Below, in pieces: positions 38,901 through 55,067 of a DNA stretch of 64,000 bases. The DNA comes from Raillietiella orientalis (taxonomy: Eukaryota), in the NCBI GenBank assembly GCA_036172245.1, contig JAYWIR010000006.1, positions 5,518,001 to 5,582,000 of the forward strand, in the 5' to 3' direction. The translations under genes were made by a program, and so were the position numbers. Below the pieces are notes generated by a model, which saw only the letters and a list, made by a program, of their open reading frames with translations, ran no database searches and had not been told where the DNA came from. Position 1 is the stretch's first letter. Each line of letters begins with the position of its first letter.

Positions 38901-39879
38901 CGCGTCCCTCCGTCCCCGGCTGCTAGCCAGGAACGAGGAAGAGACCTCCATCTTCCGTTCTCCTTGTCTTTCTTCCTCTTCTTCCTTCCAGCGGTCGCGG
39001 AGAAGGACGAGTTTATAGGGGGGGGGGGGGGGGGGTGAGAAAAAGGCATCACAGGGTTCATTTTTCCGCCGAAATGCCGCCATTACCTTCGGCATGGAGG
39101 GTGTCTTCTGGGTGCTTTCCTGTCGGAGAACAACAACCCAGCAGGAAGGACGGAGGATTCCTGCGGAGGAGACCCGCTGTCCTGAGTTCCACGCAGGCGG
39201 GAGAGAGTCCAGGCATCCCCCATCTCTGATTGCTGTCACCTATGGGCGCAAGTGGCGGATGCGATAGCAAGGATTTCCATTTGTCGACGACCGTGAAGAT
39301 CGAGGGGAAGAGGGGGCAGATGACTCCTCAAAGGAAAGGAAAGATGGGTGGCGAAGGAGTGTGCGGAAGTGCGCAGTCGCGATCCCCTCCTGAACGATCC
39401 TCCGTTCAGATTGCTCGAGAGCTCCTCTTTCTACACGGTACGCTACATTCTATAGATCTCCTATAGGAAGTAGGTGGGCGAGGACCGCATCCAAACCACG
39501 TCATCTGCTTGCCGCACGTCACGTGCAGCTGTCGCGTCTCCAAAGATATGATCTCCCGTGCTGGCAGTTAAAGCGTGCACACCCTGGATGAGGGTGTCTG
39601 TCTTCAGGCTCAGAGATGAGACTGTCAGACTGATCTCTGGGCCTCCTCAGTCTTGCGGAAGAGCAACTGATGCTACTGTAGGCAACGCTTCAAAAGGGAA
39701 CAGAGGCTGGAAGGAGAATTTGAAGGGATTTCCGAGGGTGGAAGAGCTGGCCAGGAGGCAAAGCATATCATGTAGCTTGACGAAGCCTAAGAAACTGAGA
39801 CACGAATTTTGAGTCAAGGCAGAATTCGTCACTGAAGGGTACGAATACAACGTCAGCTAGGTTTTCATTCGGAGGTCAG

Positions 39880-40340
39880 TTGAAGACATCGGATATCTAG
39901 GAAAACACAAAAAAGGTAACAACGGGCATCATCGTGAGAGGGACGACTTCATATTTTTATGCTCAGTGGAAGCTTCATCAGCTTAGAAGATCTGTGATCC
40001 TTTATTTTTCTCGAAACCAGCTCTTGCATTCTGCTTTGCTTGTTCATGGCCATGAGAGCGACACACCGTTTTCGAGAATTGCCACAATAGAGCATTCGAT
40101 GCTCCACTGTAGTGGAGCATCGAATGCATCTTGGAGCTTAGATTGATGAATTGTTTCCTTTTCTAGATCCTGAGTTGGATGGGAAGAGGTTTTGGCTTTT
40201 TGTAGCCATTAAGTTCTTCTTAATCAATGCAGAAGTATTTGTTCCGATTAAACAGCTCACATTTTCCAGGTTCATCGTGCATCATCACACTGCAAAGCTT
40301 GGTTTCACTGAAAATAAAGTTCAATTTTCATTTGTTTAGT
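39880..40340 (+). mobile_element. Decayed Ty3/gypsy-like integrase fragment
   Basis: IGYLGKHK (like GHLGxxK), DTPFSRIA (PFxRVAxD) and DGKRFWLFVAIKFFLINAEVFVPIKQLT (GxxYxLVxVDxFSKxAExxPxKxxT), in order. Confidence 0.45.
40092..40127. repeat. Perfect 17-bp inverted repeat, 2-nt spacer
   Basis: GCATTCGATGCTCCACT-gt-AGTGGAGCATCGAATGC. Confidence 0.95.
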
Positions 40341-41970
40341 AGTGGTGTTTGGTGTAAATCTTCAGTGTGATTTATTTTTGTCAATTAGATATTGATTTCG
40401 AACACATTTGAATATGCTTGATGATCTCAGTTTCAGTGGCAGACAGTGAGGAACGAAAATGGATGATTCCACTATAAGTATATATGTATGTATATAATAT
40501 ATATATATATATGTACACATACTCTAACAGTGGAACAAATTCAATGTTATTGATTTTATCTATCTATCTATCTTCATATTCTTACACAATATATGCATAG
40601 TGGAATGCATAAAATTAAAAAATATTACTCAATTACACCGAAATGCTTAATTTGACTGATGTTTTCCATTACTTTCGACTTGCGCAACCTTAAGCAAGTA
40701 TTTCTGCAAAAATTTTCTCAATTTAATGCCAATTTGTTTGCAACTATAAATTCATTCTGATATCATGGAACGAATTTCTACTTGCAATTATTTCATATCT
40801 GTTAGAAATATATTCATCCCGATAAAAACCTACGAGAAAAAACTATCACATCAAACAAGCTATTTTCGTGTGTTCATATGGATCCTAAGCAAAGATTGCT
40901 GACACTCATCGTTTGCAAATGAATCTGTGATATTTGGCTCGATGCTTTGATATCGGTGCAGCATATTATCTTCAGATGTGAATAATGTTTTCATTTTCAA
41001 TTCTTCTGAAAACTGAATTAAGTGATCGAATCCAGTACGATTCCAGCGTGTTCATTGCTAATGAAAATGGATGAAAAATGAAAAATGGTGCCCCTGTGCG
41101 AAAACAACAACAGGCTTTATCAAAATGTTGAGTAGCGTGTGTCTTTAATGTACTTATCGAATCTCGAAAACTTTCTCCAGCGATTGAGAAAATTATGTTG
41201 TTTGCATTATTCTCGTGATGTGCAATTTCCACTGATCATGCCGAATCAGAAGTAATGCTCTTGATTGATAGTTTGAGTATATTGTCAATTGCGTTTATTT
41301 ATGAAAGCATTGAAGAACCTATTTGATAGTGTTATGTATTCATAGGTTGTATGTACTAGATTATCTTAGGTTTATGTTTTTCATGTGTAATTTACTTTCT
41401 TTTCGAATGCAAAAATGTGATAGAGTTAAGCAAGTTATCAATGGCACTCAAAGTTATTGATTATCAGACCAGTTTATTAAATGTCCCAATATCAATGTTA
41501 TTCCTGCTGTTGGTAGGAGAGCCCAAAATGCACTTATAATTCAACGTTTGTAAATTGTGTACGTTTTCCCATCATAATCTCTTCATTTTTAGTTAGCAAG
41601 TTCACCTTGTAGTGAAGTTTTTGAGATGAATATGTGTGCTTACTTGATTTGCTTTATTTAATGGTTTTGCCTCAGAGAAATCTCTTGTAGAAAATTATAT
41701 GAAAGATATTTGTATCTTGAATAATGACTGTATTACTGTTTGGGATAACAATTGGATGTTAATGTGTTAGTTTGTAAAATCATGGATAAGCTGATGTAAA
41801 AGAATTGTGAGATTAAAAAGTTGTGCTGAGTATTCTTTGGACTTCCACCTTACTGATATTAAATTTGATTTATGAGAGTTTGATTTGGTATAATCTTATG
41901 CATCATAATTACAAATTTTGCATAACGAAGTAATTTGGGAATTGAATATCTATGTCTAGGATGCAAAAAT

Positions 41971-43128
41971 ATGCCTTCTGCTACAGGTAATGTGATTTTT
42001 AATATTGCCTATGAAAAATTTTCTTCGTTAGGTCAATCCCAAGGGATTCCTAGCAATGAAGAATGTGGAATCAGGGATGTTTGGGCAAGTAATCTAGAAG
42101 ATGAATTTCGCCACATCCGTCAAATTGTATTGAAGTACACATACGTAGCCATGGTTGTTAACAAAACAAAAAAGGGTCAGAAAAGATTGAACAATCTGCT
42201 TTTGAATTTTAGGATACCGAATTTCCGGGTGTTGTTGCCCGACCAATTGGTGAATTTCGCAGCACAGGGGACTATCAGTATCAGATGCTGCGATGCAATG
42301 TCAACCTTTTAAAAATCATACAGCTCGGATTAACCTTTTGCGATAATTTTGGCAAAACACCGCCAGGATATTCCACATGGCAGTTTAATTTTAAGTTCAA
42401 CCTGACGTAAGCTATCTTGCACAAGTAGAGAGACTCCTAAAATTGTAATAGGTCAGACATGTATGCTACTGAGAGCATCGATCTGCTAGCTAGTTCAGGA
42501 ATTCAATTTGAAAAACACGAGAAAGATGGTATTGATCCTATAGATTTTGCTGAATTGCTTATGACTTCTGGGGTTGTGCTGCAGGACAATATCAAATGGC
42601 TGTCATTTCACAGGTGGGAAAGATTGTAAGGCCGTTTTAATAAGAGATGCTTAGTGGTTATGATTTTGGTTATATGCTGAAAATGCTGACTAGCCAGAAC
42701 TTACCTGAACAAGAAAGTGAGTTTTTTGAGCTACTCCAAATCTATTTCCCATCTGTATATGATGTAAAAGTGAGTTGTTGAGAAATTACTTCATGCACTT
42801 TTCTGGTTTAGTATCTAATGAAGAGCTGTAAAAATCTGAAGGGTGGTTTGCAAGAGGTTGCAGAGCAGCTGGAAATAGCCAGGATAGGTCCCCAGCATCA
42901 AGCAGGAAGTGACAGTTTGCTAACTGGTGCAGCATTCTTTCGCATGCGAGAGGTTGATTTGCTAATTGTGTTTAGCTTCCTTTTTGCTTATCTTAGTCCT
43001 AGATGTTTTTCGAAGATAACATTGATGATGCAAAATATTGTGGTCATCTTTATGGTCTGGGAACATCCTTTGTTGTGAATGGCAACAGTTATCATGATAA
43101 TGGAGATAGCATCAATCACTCTTCCTGA
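41971..43128 (+). CDS. CNOT7: CCR4-NOT deadenylase subunit CAF1/POP2 (CNOT7/8)
   Basis: [78 protein letters not shown] and YCGHLYGLG; the DEDDh residues are intact. Introns: 41987-42031, 42154-42212, 42407-42451, 42614-42654, 42770-42811, 42953-43002. AATAAA at 43417. Confidence 0.98.
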
Positions 43129-45399
43129 TTTTTGCTTGTGGTGCTGTGAATTTGCCCTGCTGACCACATACAGAACCAATTTTCGGACAATATGACTAAC
43201 ATTTTCTGTGATTATCCAAATGACACTCTGGTCTTCGAAATATTAATGAACACTACTGCACATGTGTGCAATGTGTAACATGTGCATTTTTGTATTTGAA
43301 ATCAATGTCCCGTCCCCTCTCAGTGTGAATTAGCACATGACAAACAAGTTTTTTTTTTTTTTTGTTTTGAACATGATGATCTGCCAGTTTTCTAACAAAA
43401 ACCAAAGATCATATTTAATAAAAGTACAAACTTCAGATAAGTTGAAAACAGAAATTTGGAGCATATATTATTTTCCTACATTCATAAACCTGAAAAAAAA
43501 AAAAAAAAAAAATCCGTGTTAAAAGTTTCATGCAGTATTCGGTTTTGGATTCCGCTGCACTTTGGAGAACCACTGCTATCCTATTTTTACATGATAATGG
43601 AGGTTATTTTACCAACACCAGGAAATCTTTTGAAATCGGCTGTCAGCGGTTATCTCGCAAGACATCTTGAAAGGAATATATCTGTTGGTGACTGGCATGT
43701 GCAGTTAATCCTGGGAAATTAATATTTGAAATGTGATAATAGAATTATGTAAAACTGACAAGGATGTTTGCGAGTGTTTTTATTTCTGCTTCCTTTCAGG
43801 GGACCGCACGGGGGGCGAAGCGGCAGCTGCGGAGCCCCACGCCAGCCGGCCGTGTGCGACCTATGCCGCTCCCTCTCCTCGCACTGGGGTGACCGACGAG
43901 AGGAACTGCGTTGCAGGAATACGCCCGGGAGGCGCGTATTGCTGCAACATGGTGTGACCGAATAGCATTCGCGAGGGCTAGCCTTCCCTCAGGTGCACGG
44001 GGTGTCTCCGCATGCCAATGGCGCACCCGCGTGTGCCTGGAAGCAGGTCCGGAAAATCTGCATGCAACTCGACTGCAAGGCGTGATCTCATGCGCATACG
44101 AAAAGCCCACTCGACCTTTTTTTTTTTTTTCGGCTCGTTTGCTCTCAGCGTCGTCTTCCAGCGGAAGGCCGGACGCCACAGGACCGGGAAGCGCAGCTCC
44201 ATCTCCAGCCGAGGTGCACCGCGACCTTCCCGGCGTAACTGCTCCAGATCCGCGGGCTCGTTTCCATGCCGCAGCAGCCGCAGCGACGGATGCGAGGCTT
44301 TCCGAGTCCACGGAGACGGCTGCAGGGACGTCTCCAAACTGCCACAAGGAGGAGGAGGTTCTTCCCGGTGATGCACTCGGCCGACACGTTGAGCATGAAC
44401 TGTTTGGCTCCGTGCTTAACGTGGGCATACAACAACAACAACAACAACAACGGCAACCCGAAAAAAAAAAAAAGAGGAACAAGAAGGGGGAGGGAGGGAA
44501 GAGAAAACGCCTTCGATTGTGTCCTGCTCTCGACAAGCACCCCTTTTTTTGTCTCGACGAGTTACAGGAGTATGAAAGGAAAACGGGAAAAAAAAAGTGG
44601 AATCGTGGGATCGCTTCATCGCGGGGGGGGGGAGGGGACTAATGTTCCGTGGAAAACAGAAGAAATCGGAGCTATTCACGAAGTATTGCAGTTGTAGTTG
44701 TATCCTCCGTGGAACTCTTAGTATAGAAGAAAATGCTTGATTTATTATTACGCAGTACTAGATTAGGGTGGAAGGCGACATTCGTTGCTTTTCATCACTG
44801 AAACCCTGAATGAAAAAAAATTACCCTAATGGTGAAAATAAGCTCCCAGAAGAATCCTTAAAAGAAAAGAATAACATTAAAGAATAAGAACCGTGCATTT
44901 AAGAAACAAAAACCTCATCAAAACATGTGATTGAAGATGGGCGGGAATATTTTAGTTAAAGGACGCATAGGAACATAGGGGTAGGTACGTGTACATCCTC
45001 AAAGAGCACTTCATCACATATTTTAAACGGAAATGGCGAAGAAGAAGAAGAAAAAAAAAACTGTCCCTTCGTCTCATGGCAAATCTTCGTCAGCTGTTTC
45101 CATGTTACAAAAGATCTTAGCCGATTCCTTCCACTCGGCGGTTTTTCTTCTATTTTCACAGTGCTTCCCGTGCTCTGCATCCGCTCTCATCTTCAAACAG
45201 ACTCTTCCCCTTCACTTACTTTCCGTATTTCAGTCGGTTAGCACCACCTAAAAGTGGTTCGTCCGGCATTCCCTTCCTCCCGCGGTTAGTGGTTCGAAAT
45301 GCATTTCAAGTGGCTTTCATCTTTTTAAACCTGCAGCCAATCGACGAACGATGTCTTGTGGACAGGAACTGCCGTGTTTTCCACAAATGCTCGTGTGTG

Positions 45400-46700
45400 T
45401 GGCGAAGTTGAGCCGCGGAGATCAATGGCGCCAATGCTCAGCTGGAAAACCCATCATCAAATGTACAGAAAACAGCGGTGTTGGAAAAGCACATCTCGGG
45501 TCACTCGATCTTCGAATCCGACGAAACAATCAGAAACAGTGCATCAGTGCACATGCACTAATACTTGTGACAAATTATGTGAATGAGCGACAGGAGTGAA
45601 AGGATTATGGGGCAAACGAAAGCATTCAACTTGGGAACTGGTGACAGGAGAGTGGAAACAGGAATGCTTCGCTCGTGCAAGTATTCCTGTTACAAATATT
45701 ATAATTTCGTTTAAAAGATTAATAAAGTAACGGCGCTTATCCCTCTAAAACCATAAGCATGAAATTTTACAACCTTCTGATGTAAAAGCATAAGCATCTC
45801 ATGAAAAGCGAAACTATTTCTTTGAAATGCCAGGAAAACATGATGAAGAGGAACTTTTGCCCAGGCGCGGAACCATTCATGCATTTTCCGTAGATGCCTG
45901 CCAAATGGAAAACACATAAATGACGAAAACTATGCATTGATTGAATATTCCTCTATAAACGTATTCTTCTCCCTCTCCCTTTTCTCTCCCCGCAAAGCAC
46001 ATTGTTTTGCTGCATCATGTCAGAGAAATAATAAAAAGTACATACACGGCCAATCATACCTTGCGATAAGAAATTCTCGTTTCTTACGCAATTCATTCGT
46101 GGTGTACTGCGTGTTTTCCCCAACGGACATGGAGCAGGACTCCCAACGGTTAGGCATGCAATTTGTTGATTGTCTCCACAAAATTACCAATATTAGCATA
46201 CAGATTCATGGCTTATCTCATTATCTGGAAAATGTGTCGAAATCTTCCACTGTTTTCCATATGAATTTGCAACAGCTCTTTGTTCAAATTCGCTACCTTT
46301 AATTAGGATTATATAATGAATAGGATAGATCTTGTAGTTCGGATTCATCAGATAGAGTGGGAGGTCCTTCGTGACATCTTTGCAAGCTTGTAAGCCTGCA
46401 TCGTCTAGTGCTACATTGCAATAAACTGGTCCTGAATAGAGAAATGTGTTTTTTTTTTTTTCCAGTCAAGCCGTAAGCATCGCTGAAATAAATCGATCAC
46501 TTTACGTAAAAGTTGTCACGCCGACTTATTGTGTTTACATGTTTGTTTTTCGACCTCATCTTGTTGCCGAGGACGGCTTCTTTCAAGTCGAGGTGTAAGG
46601 ACTGTGACTGTGTAGTCGTCTCCTGTGGAAGAATGAACTTGCCGGAATCCTCTTCCGTAAATCAGACTAACCAGCCTGATACTGTTGGCACCACTGACTT
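45400..46700 (+). mobile_element. Possible decayed BEL/Pao pol fragments
   Basis: QWRQCSA/ENPS at about 45423 resembles WRHxxxxxNPAD. LIVFTCL...GRMNLPESSSVNQTN in ORF 46513 resembles LFTCL...RRGxPxxxxSDNGTN. Weak. Confidence 0.3.
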
Positions 46701-49700
46701 GAGCGCTGCGCGGTCACGTGCGCTCTCGAGCCACCAGTTTCGCACCCGTCGCCTGCAGGTGCATGCACCGGAAGGAAACCTGGTTCTCAGTTCCGGGAAT
46801 CCTGAGTTGGTAGTTGCTCCCAACGTGTTTGTGTGTTTCAGTCTTTTCCCTCGGATTCGCGAGGGTTTCTTTTCTTCGATGTCTCCATTTGCAATGCCTT
46901 AGCCGTATGTGCAACTCGTGACAGTGGAAACACGTATTTTTTATTTTTTTTTTTAATATAAATCAGGAAAATATAAGCCGTCATTTGAATATAAAGATGT
47001 GTGACATCCACTACTTCTTAATTTGTTTATACATATTAAAAAAAGGAACTGAATCTACTTTTTTTCTAAGGCTTACGAATCCCTTAAAGACCAACTTTAA
47101 ATCATGATGGAAAATAACTATGAATATCTACTAAAACTTTCAAATATCGGATTTCAGTTGGGAAAGCCCCCCGAAACATACCTTGCATACTACTTAGATT
47201 TATGACTGCAGTTCCTACTAGTTGGTCGTTTTTTCGTCGTTTCCATGAGGAACTTGGAGCAGGACATAGAACGTGGCGTTTGAACTTCATGATTTGTTTA
47301 CGTGATTCGGCATGGGAGATGATGATGGCAGTTCTCAGGTAAACAAACCATGCGATTCCCTGCAGAAGGCTCCCCACCTCAGCTCGTCTCCTAGGCAACA
47401 TCCGAATGACGGTTCATTCCAGGACGAATCTTTGACTCTTCATTGCTTTGGGAGCTCCAGAAATATCCAAACGGGGATGAAAACCAAGTACCTCGTACTC
47501 TCGGTGTTTGAATTCAGAAGCTCCAAGCAATGCAAATTGCAATGTCGTGAGCTTTTCGGAAGACAAAAAGGTGGATGCTTTGCAGCTGTGTCTGGCATTT
47601 GAGGCTCAAGCATTTTAATTCGACAAAATAGCCTGGAAACGAATCGTGAAAAGCTTCACGCTCGTACCCCCGTCCCCCCAGTCAAGAGTTTGAGGACATT
47701 TCCTCATTTGCAGTTGCTCGGTCGCTGGGGCGTTTCGCTCGTGTGTCAAGGACACATTTCAATTCAATGTTTTTCGAGTCGGGGGGGGGGGGTCATCTCC
47801 TTCTCCTCTTGCTTGCTTGCAGTCGCAAAAGGTTCTCTCTTGGGAAGATCTAAGCGGTCACCTCCACCCCGTGATCACCTACGTAATCCGTGGTGGCGTG
47901 CATAGTGCCGACTCGACCAAATCTTTACGAAGGCTCACTCTTGAAAGGATGCAGCAGCGTCGAGCAGGGTCTGTATGGGTGCAGAGTCCCTCGGCATTGC
48001 AAAAGGGAGTCAAGGGAAGTGCGGGGTGTCATTGGTGTCTTGGCATCAGCCAGAACGTTCGCAGTGAGATGGAGGAGCACCCAAGAGTCGTCGTCGCTGG
48101 GAGTGAATTCCTGCCTCCTCCCGCAGTTTTTCGAACAGGGTCGGGAGTCAACCGTTCACGAAGTACGCTTTGGGTTATAATGGTTATAATGGCTCGTGAA
48201 AGGAGGAATGAAACCAAACGTGGCGGTTGCCAGGCTGCTAGAGCGTCCCTCGTGGCGGAAGTGTTTTATCAGCTGCTGGTTCAGGAAGCGCAACAGCTAC
48301 TTTTCTCGGTCAAATATCTCCGAGAAGAAAGAAAGAAAACGAAAACTGCACTTCAGAAGAAAGTGATGGCAGCATCCGATTTGAGCAAAACGACAACCAC
48401 AAAACTCGAACGAACGCCACCAGCGCTGGCTGACGATTTCACGAAAGCTCCGACTTCCAGTAGGTGGGGGTTTCAGGAAGCGTAAGCGAAAGGAGGGCTG
48501 CAGAGCCCAAACCGCTGCAGGTCTCCTCCTCTGCCCCCTCCGAATATTGACCAGGAGGAATGTCGCCGTTCACTGCCAATCATTCTCGAGTCCCCCAGGT
48601 CCCACGCGGGCCCAACTTTTTCGAGGACCCCCTGCTCTCTGCTCAGCGCGGGCTCTTGGCTGGCTTGGTGGCGCGGCCTTGTTCGTCGCCCAGGCACGGG
48701 GAGGTGGGCTGGTTCCTTCACTCGGGACTTGGCGCTGTCCGAGGGAGCCCACGAATTCCAAGGTTTGCCTGGGACGAGCGTCCTGTCGGCGTGCTCGAAG
48801 CAGGAGGCTGTTTCGGCGCCCTACGGATTTCGGCTTCCCCCGAGGAAGTTGCCGAAATCCCTCCCTCCAGAAATTCAGCAGCCGCTGGAGATTCTTCGGG
48901 GTCGCCACGTTTCAGCGGCAACCGCGGGCGTCTCGCGTGTTGCCAATGTGTCACGCCGGGACACCGATTCCGGGGCATCAAAACGATTCGTTTCTTGGAG
49001 GGGGCTAAAAATAGGAAGATTCTCGGCTGTGCACCATGGGCTCTCTCGCCAGGGAATTTTTTTTCTTCATACAACAGGGTGGAAGTGAATTTATATTTTC
49101 GTCTCATTAGTAATGCATCTCAAGGACGATGGTGTGTGCAATTACTCCATCCCCGTTTTCCCGAAATTTTTTTTTTTTCTCTTCTTCCCTCTCCCTCTCT
49201 CTCTTTCTCTTGCCTTCCTTTTCTCCCTTCTTTATTTTGTTTTGTTTTCCCTTCTTTTTCCTTCCTTCAGTGCCACGACCAGACGCGCCACTTATCGAAT
49301 GCTTCGCGCTGTTGTTGTGATGGCGCGGGGGGGGGGGGCAGCAGCATAAAAGCGGCCGCGTTCTACGAGGTGTTGCATTACGTGATCCGTGCGGCTGTGG
49401 TGCGCTGACCAGGACGCCGCTGCTGCTGCTGCTGCTGCTGCTGCAGGTGGTGTTCTGGGGCGGTGTTCGTTTTGCTAGTTTCCCAAACCACGAGGCACGC
49501 CATCAGCAGCAGCGGGCAACAACACGTTAGGGGGAGAGAGAGAGAAAAGGAAAAAAAAAAAAAAAAAATTCCAGCTCGATTTCTCGAAAACGGTTTCTTC
49601 CCCCCCCCCTCCCATCCTCCCACGCACCACCCCCTCCTTTTTTTTTTCCCTTTCTTCCCTTCCTCCCCCACCCCTCTACCCCCGCCATTGTTTGTCCTGA

Positions 49701-50149
49701 TTTTTTTCTTCTCTGTGTAGAATGCTGAGGTTTGTGGTTATTCAGGGCTCGTTTGCTGTTTTCTGATATCGCTCAACGAGTGGACGACAAGCCTTTTTTT
49801 TTTTTTGTAAAATGCATAACTTAATCTAATGGCTAGCATTTATCAATTTCGAGACCCGGGGGGAACAGCAGCGGTGATCGGCTTTGGTGGGAGCTCAGGT
49901 TACAATAACTTTTGAAGAATAATAAAGTGGCCTGCTTCAAAATGGTCTCCTTGTCACTGTATTATGATAGCGATCAAGCCAAGGAAATAAGTCTATTCAT
50001 TTGTATTTGTTGAAATTATTTGAAGTTGTAATAATATGAATCCTATGATTTTTAGAATCAAAAACCTTTTTTCCCCTTGTATATGTACATTATGAGTATT
50101 AAGATTAAAAATTTATTATCCAAAGTGAAAGTCAAGTTGAATGTAAAAT

Positions 50150-51832
50150 ATGCCTTTAGAAAACCCATTTTGGCATCTTCTGCCTTGTGAAATTCTAGTG
50201 AAAATACTAACCTATTTAACACCCTGTGATAGACTGAAAGCATGCTCTGTTTGCAAAAGCTGGAGACATGGCCTGTTTTATTTTTCGTTTTGGCAGAAAA
50301 TGAAATTTCTTTGGTCAAAAGAAGATAGAGAAACTTACTTAAAGTCAAGCTTTCTGCGTGATAAAATATCTAAAAATTTATGTGTTGCAGAACTTGCATT
50401 TGATGTAGCTGAAGAAAGTTGCCTACATGAAGCACTAAAATGTTTGGAATACTTGGGTCATAATGTTCGATTAGAAAAACTTTATTTGAAACCTTTTAAT
50501 GGAGGAGAAAAAATATTGAGTCATCAACACAGTAATAGTAAATTCATTCATTTGCCATGTTTGCAGTGTAAACTGAAGGATGTTCTGTTGGAAAGGTGCT
50601 TATCAAACAATACTTTCTGTTTACTGATTTTGATTCTTCAGATTTTCAAATGCTTTAAAGGATATTGTTAACAACTGTAAATATCTAAGGGTATTACACA
50701 TTGGAGCCTTGAAAGAGCTGATTTTAGAAGCAGAAGTACCATTATTTGTTCTTTGTGAAAGTGATGGTTCAGTGCTGCAAGAGCTACAGTTAGCTTCTGC
50801 CACAAAAATGTGCAGTTTTCCTGAAAATTTAAATCAGAAATTATCGAGGTTGCAGAATCTGCAAGTAAGGAATTTGAATGTTATGTATTCAGGAATCTGA
50901 GGATATTTGTCAAGGTACTTGGGATAAACTTTGATACACATTCCATGTGCCTCATTAGTGAGCTATCTAAGTCATCTAGAGCACCCCTAGTTTGGTTACA
51001 TCTCGTGTTTCATGATCAGCATGAAAAACTGCCAAAGTCCGAAACCTACTGTGATATATGGGATCAGTTTAAGAAAAAAAAGTAATTTTTTGTATGAGCA
51101 AAGACGTTTATTTATATAAAATAATCTTACAGTCCTTGTTGCGAGCTGCACTTGACATTCCTGAACAGTCTAAAAATACTGGATTCTGATTCCAATCCAT
51201 TGACAAGTGGAATGCCAGTCAACAGTTTTTCTGCGTATTTTTGCGATGAGGTTTGTAAAAGCATTGTGAATATATTAAAAATTGTGGGCAGGTGAGATTG
51301 AGTGCTTTAGCCTTGGAAATGTTATCTCGTTTTTGCTCTGATCGCCTGCGAACTATTAGACTAGTAGAAACTGTGATATCGCAGAAAGAAAGATTTTTTA
51401 TTACATCTACGGGACATGGTAATTTGGATCCAGTGATAATGGTGGCTTGGCGATGTCCACAACTGCAGGAGATTACCCTTGTGGGTATGTAGGATTATAT
51501 AGTGAAGAAACCTACAACCAAAGAGTGCAAGGGTATCAATACATGTCTGATCATCTGGTGGCCATATCACGAGTGCAGCGCTCATTGCAGTCACTGAACA
51601 TTCCCCAAGCATGTATTGAATTTGATGAATTCACCTGTGATCCTACCCGAATGATGGCGGTTGGTAATATTCGAAATTTCAAAGTGTACTCAACACATGC
51701 TTCCAGGAACTGAGATTCCACCTAGGAAAGGATTGGAGTCCTATAGAAGATCAGCAGTTACATGCAGCACTCCGAGGAGTAGGTGACCGTAATGATTATT
51801 TGCGGCATGTTTTGCAAGGAGCTCCATTTTAA
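50150..51832 (+). CDS. FBXO33: F-box protein, FBXO33-like
   Basis: N-terminal F-box LPCEILVKILTYLTPCDRLKACSVCKSWRHGLFY. The C-terminal DPVIMVAWRCPQL..VGYQYMSDHLVAISR...IEFD...LGKDWSP is typical of FBXO33. Introns: 50596-50641, 50865-50914, 51082-51132, 51251-51291, 51485-51531, 51660-51706. Confidence 0.85.
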
Positions 51833-51943
51833 CTTTTAAAGAAATCCTGACTGTTATTCGATTTTATTTATGACTGGTGTACAAATTTAACATAGCCAAT
51901 AAATTATTTTGTTGACATAGTGAAGTGCTATAAAGGATTGACA

Positions 51944-55067
<3,124 letters not shown>

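Noticed and set aside
45250..45305. GGTTCG motifs suggesting a tRNA or SINE B-box
   Set aside because: No cloverleaf or correctly placed A-box could be built.
50093..50190. Out-of-frame upstream ATG ORF overlapping the FBXO33 start
   Set aside because: The transcript 5' structure is unknown, so it may be intronic or untranscribed.
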